Positions 9,696 to 20,841 of a DNA stretch of 43,001 bases are shown piece by piece (the first letter of the stretch is position 1; every line of letters starts with the position of its first letter). The stretch comes from Chloroflexota bacterium (lineage in GTDB: Bacteria; Chloroflexota; UBA6077; SHYK01). The DNA is taken from contig JAERMM010000001.1 of the NCBI GenBank assembly GCA_016844585.1, positions 1 to 43,001 on the forward strand, given 5' to 3'. The position numbers and the translations under genes are program-made. The notes under the pieces are model-generated. The model saw nothing but the letters and a program-made list of their open reading frames with translations, searched no databases and was not told the DNA's origin.

Positions 9696-11348
9696 ATGGT
9701 TCTAGCAGAGCGGGAACTCGGACAGTCGCTGATCCAGGACGGCCGATGGCTGGACGCGCGTGCTGCCTTTGAGCATGCGCTCCGCGAGGAAGCGTCGCCG
9801 GAAGCCCTCTTTGGACTTGCTCAAGCGCAGTGGTGGCTCGGAGACGTTCAGGCCAGCGTGTCGTCCTATCAGCGCGCTTACGCTGGATATCGGGACCGGG
9901 GTGATTCGCTGGGAGCCGCCTGGGCAGCAATATCGCTGTGCACCACCTACAAGTGCTGCCTGGGCAATGAAGCGGCGGCCAGCGGGTGGCTCGCCCGGGC
10001 GGAAACCGCTGCAAGAGAGGGGGACTCGGCCCCTGTTCAAGGCTGGCTTTGGGCGATGCGCGGATACCTGGCGATGGACAGCGATTTGCAGCTGGCGTCC
10101 GAGCTGATGGGACGAGCGCGTGATTGCGCTGCGTCATCGGGGGACCGGGATCTCGAGCTAGTGGTGCTCGGGGACCTGGGCATCGTGCTGGCGAGGTCAG
10201 GCAGGATTGAGGAGGGCCTGCGACACGTCGACGAGGCGATGGCCGGTGTTAGCGCGGGTGAACACAGTCGCTTGGATACTGTCGTCTGGGTGTGCTGCAT
10301 CATGCTCATGGCATGCGAGTTGGCGTCAGACATTGAACGAGCCAGCCAATGGTCAAAGATGGCCGACGAGTTCACCGCGAGATACGGGTGTCCCTTTCTC
10401 CATGCGGAGTGTCGGGCCCGTTACGGAGCCGTACTCCTGGCCAACGGCCGTTGGGGGGAAGCCGAGCGCGAACTCACCGCGGCGATAAGTTTGACCGAAG
10501 GTGCCTATCCCACCGTGCACGCATCGGCTGTCTCGCACTTAGCCGATCTCATGACGCGGAAGGGGTTGATCGAGGAGGCTGAAGGACTGCTCCAGGGACA
10601 CGAACAGGAGTTGCCAGCGGCCCTTCCCCTGGCAGCGATCAAGCTCATCCGCGGGCAGCCCTCAATGGCGATGGCGCTGGTGGAGCGAGCGCTACGTAGT
10701 CGCGCCACCGGTTTCACGTCGGCACGCGCGCTGGAAATGCTCGTCGAAATTCATCTCGCAGTCGGTGATCGCGCTGCCGCGCGTCAGACACTGACGCGGC
10801 TGGAGGCCACTAGGGTATTCCCCGAAGCCTCAGCGCGGGCCAGCATGGCGTCGGGACGGATCGCCAGGGCGAACGGCGATGTACCGGCCGCCCTCGGCCA
10901 TTTTGAGACGGCAATGGAGCGCTTCTCGCGAATAGGACTACCCATGGAGAGCGCGCGGGCGCGCCTGGCCATCGCGGAGGCTTACAGCAACACGAACCCG
11001 GACCTGGCCAGGATCGAGGCCCAGGGTGCCCTGAGCGCATTCGAGGCCCTCGGCGCAGTCCTCGACGCACGCGCGACGTCTGCTCTTCTCCGGATTCTCG
11101 GCGTGCCCACCCGGTCAGGTCCGCGAGGTTTTGGGGTGCTGACCAGGCGAGAGCAAGAGGTCTTAAGGCTCCTGAGCAGCGGGCTCTCAAACCCGGAAAT
11201 CGCTGAGCGACTGGTCATAAGCCGGAAGACGGCAGCGCACCACGTGAGTAGCCTGCTATCGAAGCTTGCACTACGCAATCGGGCGGAAGCTGTCGCATAT
11301 GCCGCGCGAGTTTCCAGGCAATCCCTAAACACCGCGGCTACAAACTAG
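9696..11348 (+). CDS. TPR-containing LuxR-family transcriptional regulator
   Basis: Helical TPR-like body; C-terminal LTRREQEVLRLLSSGLSNPEIAERLVISRKTAAHHVSSLLSKL HTH; divergent from the monooxygenase. Confidence 0.9.
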   Translation: MVLAERELGQSLIQDGRWLDARAAFEHALREEASPEALFGLAQAQWWLGDVQASVSSYQRAYAGYRDRGDSLGAAWAAISLCTTYKCCLGNEAAASGWLARAETAAREGDSAPVQGWLWAMRGYLAMDSDLQLASELMGRARDCAASSGDRDLELVVLGDLGIVLARSGRIEEGLRHVDEAMAGVSAGEHSRLDTVVWVCCIMLMACELASDIERASQWSKMADEFTARYGCPFLHAECRARYGAVLLANGRWGEAERELTAAISLTEGAYPTVHASAVSHLADLMTRKGLIEEAEGLLQGHEQELPAALPLAAIKLIRGQPSMAMALVERALRSRATGFTSARALEMLVEIHLAVGDRAAARQTLTRLEATRVFPEASARASMASGRIARANGDVPAALGHFETAMERFSRIGLPMESARARLAIAEAYSNTNPDLARIEAQGALSAFEALGAVLDARATSALLRILGVPTRSGPRGFGVLTRREQEVLRLLSSGLSNPEIAERLVISRKTAAHHVSSLLSKLALRNRAEAVAYAARVSRQSLNTAATN

Positions 11349-11543
11349 GGTGTGGCTCCGGGTATCCTGTCTTCGATTGAGCTAGTCGTCACTATCCGCC
11401 GATGGTGATGCAGATCCTTCGTTGGCCGCGATAGGTGGAAGGGCCACGGCTTCCTTCGATCCGAGCAGCTACGTCTCGATGGCCTTCCGGACCGGACCGC
11501 TTCCGACGCGAGCTTCTTCGGGATGTGTTCGCCGACCCGTCGT

Positions 11544-12317
11544 TCAGTGATCCTCTGCCAGGAACTCCAGCACGAGTCCGGCCACTACATCGGGCTTCTC
11601 CATCGGCAGGCCATGGGTGGCGTCCGGCACAACCTCCAGCCGAGAGTCGGGCAGCGATCGCTGCATTGCTTTGGCGTGCTCTACGGTCGGAAAGTCATGG
11701 TCGGCCACTATGACCAGGGTGGGCGCCGATACTTTCTCAAGCTCAGCAAGGGGGATATTGGGTTCGGTCCTGATCATCTGCCACACCTTGTCGACGACAA
11801 CTTCCCAATGCTCAGGTCCGTCCGGTGAAACGGCCGCGTACATGTCACGGAGCATGGGTGGCAGCATGTCCGGCATTTTGTCCAGTTTCATCATCTCGAC
11901 TACCTCGGGCGGCACCCCCTCTGGGTTGATGGCCTGCCCGATCAGCACCAGCCGGCGCACGAGGTCGGGGCGACGAAGGGCCACGAGCAGCCCAACGACG
12001 GCTCCGTCGCTCCACCCCACGAGATGAGCCGAGGACAGGTTCACCGCTTTCAGAAAGGCAATCGTGTCGTGCGCCATGATCTCGTAGGTGATGGGTCCCG
12101 CGACGTCGGCCGTGCGTCCGTGCGCGCGCCGCTCGGGTAGATAAACGCGGTATCGCTCGGCTAGCTTTGGCGTCAGGCCGCTGAACGTCTCGATGGTGCA
12201 GAGCCCGCCGTGGAGAAGAACTAGCGGGTCTCCCGATCCCTCGGCCTCGTAATAGGTCCGAAGATTCCCGGCGTCAACGTAGCCCTGGATCTTCTCTGCG
12301 TCTTGCGATTTCGTCAT
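11544..12317 (-). CDS. Alpha/beta fold hydrolase
   Basis: LVLLHGG, RRAHGRT, nucleophile elbow GWSDG, acid ADHD, catalytic H in ATHGLP..KP; purine-rich SD upstream of ATG 12317. Confidence 0.9.
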   Translation of the reverse strand: MTKSQDAEKIQGYVDAGNLRTYYEAEGSGDPLVLLHGGLCTIETFSGLTPKLAERYRVYLPERRAHGRTADVAGPITYEIMAHDTIAFLKAVNLSSAHLVGWSDGAVVGLLVALRRPDLVRRLVLIGQAINPEGVPPEVVEMMKLDKMPDMLPPMLRDMYAAVSPDGPEHWEVVVDKVWQMIRTEPNIPLAELEKVSAPTLVIVADHDFPTVEHAKAMQRSLPDSRLEVVPDATHGLPMEKPDVVAGLVLEFLAEDH

Positions 12318-12736
12318 GGTCCTGCTCCCCGCCTCCGTGATCAATGCACCGCTTCTCTCAATTGTGCTCGATCACCATTCGCCCTGCGGCAAATGTCCGC
12401 GTGATCGACCGCGCCCATCACGATCACCAAATGGTGCGGCCTGATTTCAAGATTAACGACGCCGAGCTGGCAGCCTCACGGCGAGCCTGGGCGAGTTCGG
12501 CTTCGTCCAGTCGGTGTTGGCCCGGCACGATGACTACCTGTCAGACCGGGTCAATTTCACCTGGTGGGCCCCAGTCCGTCGCCTGCGCCAGCGCGTCAAA
12601 CTTCTCTACAAGCCTGAGTGCTTGTGATGCCCGCCAGTCAGGGGCGACGACAGAGCGTCCAGGAAAGCCCGCGCTCTAGAATCGACATCGCGGATTTCAC
12701 ACTTCAGGTCTTCTCCCGGTTGCTCGATACGCTCTG

Positions 12737-12903
12737 CGCCTGTTCCAGTACGTTTGCCTCCGCTCAAGTACTGCACTGACAACGCCGCCATGATCGGCAG
12801 CGCAGGGTATTACCGATACCTGGCTGGCGTCCGTTCCGATCTCACGACGGACGTGTCGGCGAATCTCCCCATCGCCTGACTAGGAACCCACCAACTTCAC
12901 CAG
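12737..12903 (+). repeat. Direct repeat copy 2: orphan 3' fragment of tsaD (46 codons plus stop) and hicA-like tail
   Basis: Encodes [46 protein letters not shown], identical in protein to the TsaD C-terminus, with 10 third-position differences. Confidence 0.95.
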
Positions 12904-13818
12904 GTCCTGCTCAGCCCGTGCCAACGTCCGAAGTGCCTCCTCCTTCTCCTTCTCCGCCAGGTCGCGGCTTTGCGCAGCAGCGCGAGCAGCCTGCTCGGCG
13001 GCCGTGGCCTTCTCCTCCACGACAAGCAGCCGCGCGCGAAGATCTTCCAGCCCTTTGAGCGCTTCACCATGGTGTCGCTTCGCAGCCTCGGCTTCGCGGC
13101 TGCGATCGGCGAGGGTATCCGCCGCGGCCTCGAGAGCTGCGCGCGCCTCACTCGCGCGACGCTCCGCCCCCTCGCGGCGCTCGCGCGCATGCTGGTCAGC
13201 TCGCGCTCGGATGTCATCGATCTTCCGACGTGGAGACGACGTGGGGACCTTGCGTTCCGGCTTGATCGGCCGCTCGGCTCGCGGGACTGGGACCACGAAC
13301 GTGTCTGGCCCGAAACCCCCGTAGGAGGCCGCCTTCACGAGCCGCCCACTGCGTACCTCGGTGGCAACGTCAGTGCTCGCAAGGGCGGCGGCCAGCGTGT
13401 CCCGCACCTCCCGCTCAATGCTTGTGGTCAGGACGACCTCAGCCTGCTCGGCGAGCTTGTGCCCTCGGCTAATGAGTCCCGCCTCCAGCTCGCGCCGTCG
13501 GGCGGTCAAGCGACGGAACTCTTCAACGGACCCTTGAGCTTGAGCGTGGCTCAGATCCTCGGCAAGTTGGAGGAAGTCTTCGATGACCTGGCGCTGGTCC
13601 CGCCACAGTAAATTGACGACCCAGGCACTCTGAGTTGGCCGGCGCAATTGGGTCAGCGCACGGGCTAGCTGCTGCTGCCCTTGAGCCCGAGCCTTTCGAA
13701 CCTCGTCATCGCGAGCCGCTGTGAAGGATTCCGGGAGCAACGCGTACAGCTCGTAGGCAATCTGGCCAAGCTCGCGTTCAACATCAGCCTCAGATTGCCT
13801 CGAAGGTGATTCGCTCAT
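12880..13818 (-). CDS. Hypothetical coiled-coil protein
   Basis: ELYAL.PE.FTAARD...LRRPT.SAWVVNLL N-terminus resembles a conserved hypothetical family common in Actinobacteria; Ala/Glu/Arg-rich coiled-coil C-terminus. Start ATG 13818 or 13827. Confidence 0.7.
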   Translation of the reverse strand: MSESPSRQSEADVERELGQIAYELYALLPESFTAARDDEVRKARAQGQQQLARALTQLRRPTQSAWVVNLLWRDQRQVIEDFLQLAEDLSHAQAQGSVEEFRRLTARRRELEAGLISRGHKLAEQAEVVLTTSIEREVRDTLAAALASTDVATEVRSGRLVKAASYGGFGPDTFVVPVPRAERPIKPERKVPTSSPRRKIDDIRARADQHARERREGAERRASEARAALEAAADTLADRSREAEAAKRHHGEALKGLEDLRARLLVVEEKATAAEQAARAAAQSRDLAEKEKEEALRTLARAEQDLVKLVGS

Positions 13819-13917
13819 TGCATCCATCTTCGCACAGCCGCGGCAGATGCTGGGCAGCGCTGGGTTCCTGCGACGTGCGATACTCTCCGCATCAATTCCA
13901 CCGATGAGGAGACGAGA

Positions 13918-14205
13918 ATGGCAGTTGCTGTGCAACTCGATTTCAAAGGCGCAACCCTTGAGCAATACGACCAGGTGGTCCAGAAGATGGGCTTCCACCC
14001 CGGCGGACCCGGCGCACCCGGGGGAATGTTCCATTGGGTTACCAAAACGGCTGACGGCATTAGGGTCACGGATGTGTGGAATTCTCGGGAGCGGTTCGAG
14101 AAGTTCTCCCAGGAAAAGATCGCCCCCATTACCCAGGAAGTCGGGTTCTCAGCGCCGCCGGTCGTCCAGTTCTTCGAGGTGCATAACCACCTCACGGCTG
14201 GCTGA
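13918..14205 (+). CDS. Small conserved hypothetical protein (possible ABM/ferredoxin-like fold)
   Basis: 95 aa with a strong GAGGAG SD; T.EQYD.V, PGG.FHW, G.RVTDVW.S.E.FE.F pattern. Confidence 0.75.
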   Translation: MAVAVQLDFKGATLEQYDQVVQKMGFHPGGPGAPGGMFHWVTKTADGIRVTDVWNSRERFEKFSQEKIAPITQEVGFSAPPVVQFFEVHNHLTAG

Positions 14206-14332
14206 GTCGGCCGGGCGCCTCCTCGCCCGCGCATTTCACTGAGGGTCTAACCGCGTAAGATGGTCATTGCGTCCAACACCGCGGTGAGTTGGTCGTTCCA
14301 CACGCGGACGCCCTCGTTGAGGAGGTGATCGG

Positions 14333-16042
14333 ATGATTCATCGCCCAACAGCGCTTACCCCACTGATTGTGGCCGCAGGGATCCTCGTCTTGGCGGCCTG
14401 TGCACCTTCACCGGCTAGTAGCCCGGCGGCTGAAACGGTTGCGCCGTCTTCGCGCTTCGGCGGCACCCTCAAAATTGCCTGGGCGGTAGAGCCGAATACC
14501 CTCGCCCCCAAGTTCATCGGCGGTTCGGGTAGTCCCGAATACCAGTGGCTTTTTTCTTCCACTCTTACGTTTCTCACTATCGGCAGTGCTCTGCAACCGA
14601 TGCTGGCCGAGGATATCCCAATGCAGTCGACCGGCAGTTGGGTAATCAACCCGGACGGCAGCATGGTGACGACCTACCGCCTGCGCCAGAACGCGAAGTG
14701 GCATGACGGCACACCCCTCACGGCCCAAGACTTCGTTTTCGCATTCGACGTCTACGTGGACAAGGACCTCCCTGTCATTCGGCGGAGCCCCGAAAACCTC
14801 ATGGCTCGGGTCGAGGCCCTCGACGATTCAACCCTCGTCATTCGATGGAAGGAGACGTACGCCGGCGCGAACAGCCTCGGATTCGAGCAACTGCTCCCCC
14901 TCCCGCGCCATGTGCTAGAAGGAAAGTACCGCTCCAACGACCCGACATTCGTCAGCGGTCCAGAGTGGACCACGGCTTACATCTCGACCGGCCCGTTCAA
15001 GGTCGACCGGTGGACACCTGGCGTTGGAATCGTGGCGGCTGCGAACGGGGACTTCGTGCTCGGGCCGCCCAAACTGGACAGCATCGATATCCGGTTCGTT
15101 CTGGATTCCAGCGCACAGCTCGCCAACCTCTTATCCGGCGAGGTTGACATGATCAATTCGACCGGGGCCAAGTTTGAGGACGCACTGGTCGCGCGGGACC
15201 GGTGGCGCGAATCGGGGGAGGGCTACATCAAGACCTTCAGCTCGCAAGCCCCGTACATCGAATGGCAGTTCCGTGAGGTGCCGAACTGGCAGCGCGCGAT
15301 TGCCGATGTCCGTGTGAGACAAGCGCTGCTTCACGCCATCGATCTCGAAACCCTTAACGAGACCCTCAACAGGGGATTGACGCCCGTGGCCCATGCCTTC
15401 GTCTCCCCCGAAGACCCTCTGTTCTCAGACGTCGTGCGGGTCGTCACCAAGTACTCATTCGACAGGGCCCGGGCGGCGACGCTCCTCGATGAGGCCGGCT
15501 GGCGCCAGCCCGCGGGCGGAGGCATGGTGGCCAACCTCGAAGGCAAGCTGCTCGATGTCGAACAAGCCACGACCCCGAGCCAGGAGCGCGCTTCAACCAT
15601 CATCGCCGACAACTGGAAGGCCGCTGGGGTGAATTCATCGTTCTTCGTGGTGCCGCAGGCGCAGGCGCGAGACGCAGAAAGTTCGACAAACTTCGTAGCG
15701 ACGCGGGCGAGCAGCCGGTTCCTCGGCCCCGACCAGTTCGCCTGGAGCGCAATGGATTTCCCCACCCCAGAGAATCGCTGGACAGGAGTCAACACGGGGA
15801 GTTTCTTCGACGCCGAGGTCGATCGCCTGCACAACCTGCGCCTGACCTCCCTGGACGACGATCAGCGGCGGCAGGCAACGATCTCGCTGATGAAGCGCAT
15901 GACCGAGGTTGTAGCTCCGATGCCCGTCCTCTACTCCGTTGAGTTCATTGTGGCGCGCAGGTATGTGCTCGGACCCGTGGGACGGGTGAGTGGACAGAAC
16001 GGGCTGACGTGGAATGTCCACGAGTGGGCGCTGACGCCCTAG
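14333..16042 (+). CDS. ABC transporter substrate-binding lipoprotein, family 5 (peptide/nickel)
   Basis: GAGGAGGTGA SD; lipobox LAAC; LRQNAKWHDGTPLTAQDFVF, STGPFKV..W.PG, DVRVRQAL.HAID motifs. No permease or ATPase genes adjacent. Confidence 0.92.
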   Translation: MIHRPTALTPLIVAAGILVLAACAPSPASSPAAETVAPSSRFGGTLKIAWAVEPNTLAPKFIGGSGSPEYQWLFSSTLTFLTIGSALQPMLAEDIPMQSTGSWVINPDGSMVTTYRLRQNAKWHDGTPLTAQDFVFAFDVYVDKDLPVIRRSPENLMARVEALDDSTLVIRWKETYAGANSLGFEQLLPLPRHVLEGKYRSNDPTFVSGPEWTTAYISTGPFKVDRWTPGVGIVAAANGDFVLGPPKLDSIDIRFVLDSSAQLANLLSGEVDMINSTGAKFEDALVARDRWRESGEGYIKTFSSQAPYIEWQFREVPNWQRAIADVRVRQALLHAIDLETLNETLNRGLTPVAHAFVSPEDPLFSDVVRVVTKYSFDRARAATLLDEAGWRQPAGGGMVANLEGKLLDVEQATTPSQERASTIIADNWKAAGVNSSFFVVPQAQARDAESSTNFVATRASSRFLGPDQFAWSAMDFPTPENRWTGVNTGSFFDAEVDRLHNLRLTSLDDDQRRQATISLMKRMTEVVAPMPVLYSVEFIVARRYVLGPVGRVSGQNGLTWNVHEWALTP

Positions 16043-16056
16043 CCTCGCTCGTGGGC

Positions 16057-16701
16057 TTAGCCCAGCGCCGCGATCACCTCATCGATGCTCATCACCGGGA
16101 TCCCATGCCGGTGCAACGCGGCAAGGTGAGCACGCTCAATCTCCTGCCTCGAGACGTGGCCAACAGGCGAATCGGCGACGTCGTAGGTGAAGCATGCGTC
16201 GCGCACGACAATCGGTCGGGGCAGCTTGGTCTCGCCAGCGTGCTTTGCGGCCTCGTCCAGGGCCTCCCAACGCTCGCCAATCGGCTGAGAGTCCCAGCCG
16301 CCTGCCTGCCTTGCCGTGTCGCTGAGCCCGCGATCCAGCGCGTAGCCTGAGATCAGCAGCGTGTCCCGCTCATGGTCGAGCAGCAACCGGACGAACTCCG
16401 GGCAGTTCAGCGCGCTCCGATTCGTGTGCCGTACGATCGGCTCATCCGTAAGCGGCGCCACCTCCGGAATGATTTGCGAGCCGATAGCGATTGCTCGCTC
16501 GAGCATCATGTAGGTCACCAGCACCCCGGCCGATCGGCACCCCGCCAGTAAGCGGGCAAAGGCAGGTAATCCGTCGACAACAGACTGCTCGAACCCCCTC
16601 CCCGGCCGGGTCAACTCGTCGGTGAAGTGATAGACCAGCAGGGCCGTAGTCTTACCGGTCAACGATGTGGGCTTCACGGTGCCTCGTTCGCTTATCTGCA
16701 T
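16057..16701 (-). CDS. Isochorismatase/cysteine-hydrolase-fold protein lacking canonical catalytic residues
   Basis: TALLV..., LLAGCRSAGV.V, IIPEVAP..DE.IV, DTLLISG, TAR.A, VVRDAC, EVIAAL; GAGGAG SD before ATG 16701. Confidence 0.75.
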   Translation of the reverse strand: MQISERGTVKPTSLTGKTTALLVYHFTDELTRPGRGFEQSVVDGLPAFARLLAGCRSAGVLVTYMMLERAIAIGSQIIPEVAPLTDEPIVRHTNRSALNCPEFVRLLLDHERDTLLISGYALDRGLSDTARQAGGWDSQPIGERWEALDEAAKHAGETKLPRPIVVRDACFTYDVADSPVGHVSRQEIERAHLAALHRHGIPVMSIDEVIAALG

Positions 16702-16810
16702 GGCTCGTCTCCTCATCTGTTGGTTGAGGCCCATCTCGGCGGCGATCATATGCTTGGCTCCGGGTAACATCAAGGAAATCGGGCTTGCGGCCGACTCACC
16801 GATCGCCAGC

Positions 16811-17074
16811 TCAGCCGTCCGCAACTCCGTCGTTCACGTGCTGGCTGTGGAGTTTCTGGATTGCCAAGACGAGCCAAATGACGGAGGTAACGCACAGGGC
16901 CAGAGCACTTGCCCAGAGGTCAAGGGTGAGAAACACGGCGGAAAAGACGAGCAGTATCGAGCCGGTGAGCAAACTTGAGGACAGCGCGGGCTTGTCTGCG
17001 CTGAACAATGAAGGGAGCAAGGCAGCGCTCAAGGCCCACTGACCCACCCCGATTACAACGTCCTGCCACTGCAC
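16811..17074 (-). CDS. Small 3-TM membrane protein (possibly PQ-loop/SemiSWEET-like)
   Basis: MQWQDVVIGVGQWALSAALLPSL...KPALSSSLLTG; three hydrophobic segments; GTG 17074 lies 6 nt after TACTAT. Confidence 0.6.
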   Translation of the reverse strand: MQWQDVVIGVGQWALSAALLPSLFSADKPALSSSLLTGSILLVFSAVFLTLDLWASALALCVTSVIWLVLAIQKLHSQHVNDGVADG

Positions 17075-17110
17075 TCCGGTATAGTACAGACTCAGCAGCC
17101 GTCCAAATGA

Positions 17111-17146
17111 GGACGCTTCGCCCACAGTGGGCGGGCGTCTTTTTTT
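17111..17146 (+). terminator. Intrinsic terminator-like hairpin with T7 tract
   Basis: gacgcttcgccca-cag-tgggcgggcgtc followed by ttttttt. Confidence 0.7.
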
Positions 17147-17244
17147 GGCTCGTCGCCAAGGAGACCCACAGGGCGCAAGCAACCGCCGAGCCGCCTCGCT
17201 CCTCCAGCGTCAGATTCTGTCCAATGGGAAACGCTCTCCGAACC

Positions 17245-17273
17245 TTGCAAGGCTCAAATCGGTTCGCTAATAT
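17245..17273 (+). promoter_or_regulatory. SigA-type promoter of groESL
   Basis: TTGCAA-N17-TAATAT just upstream of the CIRCE. Confidence 0.75.
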
Positions 17274-17283
17274 ATGGGCGGCC

Positions 17284-17310
17284 TTAGCACTCTAAGCTCG
17301 TGAGTGCTAA
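17284..17310 (+). promoter_or_regulatory. CIRCE element (HrcA operator)
   Basis: Exact consensus TTAGCACTC-N9-GAGTGCTAA upstream of groES. Confidence 0.97.
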
Positions 17311-17401
17311 GATAGCCGGACCCGCCCGATGTGAAGAATTTGCCCGGGGCGGACCGTCACCATCGCAGTCGACAAAAGTTCATCAGGAGGAAGGCCACCG
17401 C

Positions 17402-19346
<1,945 letters not shown>

Positions 19347-19387
19347 ACAGCGCTCGCGCGGCACGAGCGCCGCTCAGAAGATAACTC

Positions 19388-19426
19388 GCCAAGGGCGGCC
19401 ATTCGGCCGCCCTTGGCATTTGCTTT
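19388..19426 (+). terminator. groESL terminator hairpin
   Basis: Perfect 13-bp stem gccaagggcggcc-attc-ggccgcccttggc followed by atttgcttt. Confidence 0.8.
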
Positions 19427-19663
19427 ACGGGCCGAAATACTGTTTCCTCGCCCGGATGGGCCAATCAACCTTGCTACCGCCTGCGGACCACTTGCCACCG
19501 GCTCTCCGTGACCCTGCAACCCGGCCCAACAGCAGGGATGGAGATGAGGTGCCTCAAAATGCACTCAGACGAGCCGGTCGCAGCCAAGACTTGGCCAGCT
19601 AGGGACAACACCGGACCCCAGGCCGCGGTACGCAGGCTGGCGTTAGAGACGGAAGGTGCTTGC

Positions 19664-20840
19664 ATGCCAAGTGATTACGACGGAATCCGATCCGACAACA
19701 TTCGGCGCCGGGGTGAAGATTTCGACGACATTGGCCGTCTTATCTCGGAGCGGCTTTACAGCGACCGCACGCACTTCATCTACGAACTGCTGCAGAACGC
19801 CGAGGACGCCGGAGCTTTCCGAGCGGCTTTCCGACTTCTGCCGGACCGTCTGGAGTTCAGACACTATGGCGCGCGGCCCTTCGATCAGCGAGATGTCGAG
19901 GCGATTTCTGATGTCCTGAGAGGAACCAGCAAGGACGACCCGATGAAGATTGGGACGCATGGGATCGGCTTCAAGTCGGTCTTCGCCTTCACAAAGATGC
20001 CGGAGATCCATTCGGGCGGCGAGCATTTCCGAATTGAGCACTACATTCGGCCCTATGAGGTTGAGGCAATCGCCCTGCAGCCGAACGAGACTTTCATGAT
20101 GTTTCCATTCGACCACCCGGATGTGCCGCCACAGGAGGCCAGTCGACAGATTGCCGAGCGCCTAACCACGCTGGGCGCAAGAAGTCTCCTATTCCTCGAT
20201 CACATCTCCGAGCTTGACTATGAGGTCGAAGGCGGAACTCTTGGCTCTTACAAGCGCGTGGACGCGGCGGCACGCTCCCCACGCCACGTCAAGGTTCAGG
20301 GCAAGGTTCAGGGCGCGAGGACTGACTCCAGCGACCCAGAGGTGGAAGAGACCTGGCTGCTTTTCGACCGTGATGTACGCGGCCCGGACGGCACTCCCAC
20401 CCGTCCTATCCACATCGCCTATCGGGTGGAGCAGGATAGACGCTCCGGTCACCAGCGTGTGGTCCCTTCCCCTGATGCGCCACTCGCGGTTTCATTTCCG
20501 ACGGATCAGAGAACGGACCTCGGCTTCCTGATCGATGGCCCCTTCGTTACAACGTCCGCCCGGGACAACGTCAGACTTGATGAAGAAGCGAACCACCGGC
20601 TCGCGGATGAGACGGCTGAGCTAGTGGTCGAGAGCCTCCGCCGGCTCTGCGCAGACGGTCTCCTGTCTGTCGGGGTGCTTGAAGCGATGCCGCTGCGGTC
20701 TCCCGAGGCAGACAGGTACGCGAGGGGCTTGCTCCGTCCGGTCCACGCCAGGGTCAAGAGAGCGCTTGAAGACGAGGACCTGCTCCCCACGAGCGACGGT
20801 CATTACGTCAGGGCGCGGAACGCGAAGCTAGCCCGTGGCC
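19664..20840 (+). pseudogene. Sacsin/NOV-like GHKL ATPase N-terminal region, truncated
   Basis: LYSDRTHFIYELLQNAEDA, F...DV.AI, IG.HGIGFKSVF, EIHSG..HF, LLFL..I, FLIDGPF.TT.ARD motifs. Family-like sequence ends near ARNAKLARG; the ORF runs on out of register to 21022. Confidence 0.75.
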
Positions 20841-20841
20841 G

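Noticed and set aside
11349-11543. Remnant ribbon-helix-helix gene on the minus strand (RKAIET*LL...)
   Set aside because: Interrupted by stops and too short to support.
7944-12903. Diversity-generating retroelement TR/VR pair
   Set aside because: Several differences are T/C, but others involve G and C; all are synonymous third positions; no reverse transcriptase in the window.
12880-13818. Transposase/integrase that could explain the tsaD repeat
   Set aside because: No DDE, tyrosine- or serine-recombinase motifs; mostly coiled coil.
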